From: Candidatus Parcubacteria bacterium | GTDB lineage: Bacteria > Patescibacteriota > Patescibacteriia > UBA1558 > GWA2-36-10 | Length of the DNA stretch: 64,000 bases | Direction: 5' to 3' | NCBI GenBank assembly: GCA_018664825.1 | Contig: JABJNO010000017.1 | Span: 50,743-114,742 of the forward strand | Part shown: one piece after another, positions 63,156-64,000 of the stretch | How the letters are laid out: each line of letters begins with the position of its first letter | Position numbering within the stretch: position 1 is the stretch's first letter | Translations under genes and position numbers: made by a program | The notes under the pieces: generated by a model | The model's input: only the letters and a program-made list of their open reading frames with translations | Told to the model about the DNA's origin: nothing | Database searches by the model: none

Positions 63156-64000
63156 GTTGTTTTATATCTCTAATAATTAATTGGATTTCACGATTACCAT
63201 TCCATTGGTTGATGTTTACATTGTACACCAGATCTAGATGATTACCGATCTCTACTTCTTGCTTACCAAAACCAAAAGCAATTGCTCCTAATTTTTTATT
63301 TTCTTTTACTAGTTCCAATTTTAGATGTTTACCATCATTTCCAACTTTACGAGCATCTGTAACGATCACATCTTTTGATAAAAACGTAGGTTCTTCGTTT
63401 GAGTGACCAAAGGGTTTGAATTTTTCTACCAAATCTGCCATTTCCCAATTGATCTCAGTAAAATCAACTACCAGCTCAATGTCTATAGAATTTTCAAATT
63501 CTTGATCTTTCAAGTTGTCATTGGCATATTTTATGATTCTTTTTCTAAATTCGTCTAAGTTTTCTTTTTTTATAGTAAAACCAGCTGCTTGTGGATGCCC
63601 ACCATAGCGCTCTAGTATATCCTCTATGCTTTTTAAGCCTTCTGTGATGTTGAATCCCTTGATACTCCTACCAGATCCAACTATATGGTCACCTACGTCA
63701 GTCAAAACAAAAGCAGGTCGCGCATAAGTCCTCACTAGGCGTCCAGCGACCAAGCCTGTCAGACCAGCTGACCAATCTGCTTGATAAAAAACAAACAAAC
63801 TATCAGCCAAGTTTATCTCTTGAGCTTTTGCTTGACGGACAATAGTTTCGGTCAGTTTTTGTCTATCGACATTTGATTGATTGAGTTCAGCAGCTTGTTT
63901 GGTAGCTTCTTCTGGGTCTGTCTCTTTTAGAAGATAATAAGCTAAATTAGCATGATCCATACGACCAGCTGCATTTATTCTTGGCCCAATAGTAAATCCA
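63145..64000 (-). CDS. recJ: Single-stranded-DNA-specific exonuclease RecJ, C-terminal part (continues beyond the window end)
   Basis: DHHA1 motif GGHPQAAGFTI; the frame upstream reads IGPRINAAGRMDHANLA (RecJ DHH region) and continues past position 64000. Confidence 0.8.
   Translation of the reverse strand, partial: GFTIGPRINAAGRMDHANLAYYLLKETDPEEATKQAAELNQSNVDRQKLTETIVRQAKAQEINLADSLFVFYQADWSAGLTGLVAGRLVRTYARPAFVLTDVGDHIVGSGRSIKGFNITEGLKSIEDILERYGGHPQAAGFTIKKENLDEFRKRIIKYANDNLKDQEFENSIDIELVVDFTEINWEMADLVEKFKPFGHSNEEPTFLSKDVIVTDARKVGNDGKHLKLELVKENKKLGAIAFGFGKQEVEIGNHLDLVYNVNINQWNGNREIQLIIRDIKQHES

Noticed and set aside
1-64000. CRISPR arrays, integrases, transposases and prophage structural genes
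   Set aside because: No regularly spaced direct repeats were found beyond the short tandem duplications noted above. No ORF shows integrase, transposase, terminase, capsid or portal motifs. The putative islands are therefore inferred only from composition, strand and context.

Overview
The window is AT-rich (about 33-35% GC) bacterial chromosomal DNA with an extreme coding-strand bias: almost every credible gene is on the minus strand, and genes are tightly packed with many 1-4 nt overlaps. The gene content suggests a reduced-genome, fermentative, Gram-positive-like bacterium of the CPR/Patescibacteria type. The basis is an archaeal-type AMP phosphorylase, an [FeFe]-hydrogenase with a NuoF-like partner, DUF4012, sigma-70 region-4 proteins, and pilin-like and VirB4/FtsK-like ATPase modules. 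Housekeeping genes identified include clpP, mnmA, clpB, secDF, ddl, uppS, dnaX, lepA, murJ, mreBCD-mrdA, greA, a second mreB, proS, rseP, frr, holB, RNase H and recJ (partial). RNA genes are tRNA-Gln(CTG) at 29121-29194 (-) and RNase P RNA (rnpB) at about 45826-46179 (-). There is also an unassigned GC-rich, structured roughly 310-nt intergenic RNA candidate at 40781-41095. The main items for follow-up are as follows. (1) A nine-gene array (46216-50482) of small paralogous proteins that share an N-terminal Cys-helix module and fall into three C-terminal families, lying between a glycosyltransferase cluster and rnpB. (2) Two paralogous membrane-anchored FtsK/HerA-superfamily ATPase modules (VirB4/TraC- or TraD-like), one split and one fused, together with a tandem pair of VirB2/TrbC-like pilin candidates. 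(3) A parvulin-type PPIase signature inside SecD. (4) Plus-strand islets of elevated GC that encode unknown proteins. (5) Two homopolymer or tandem-duplication frameshift sites.
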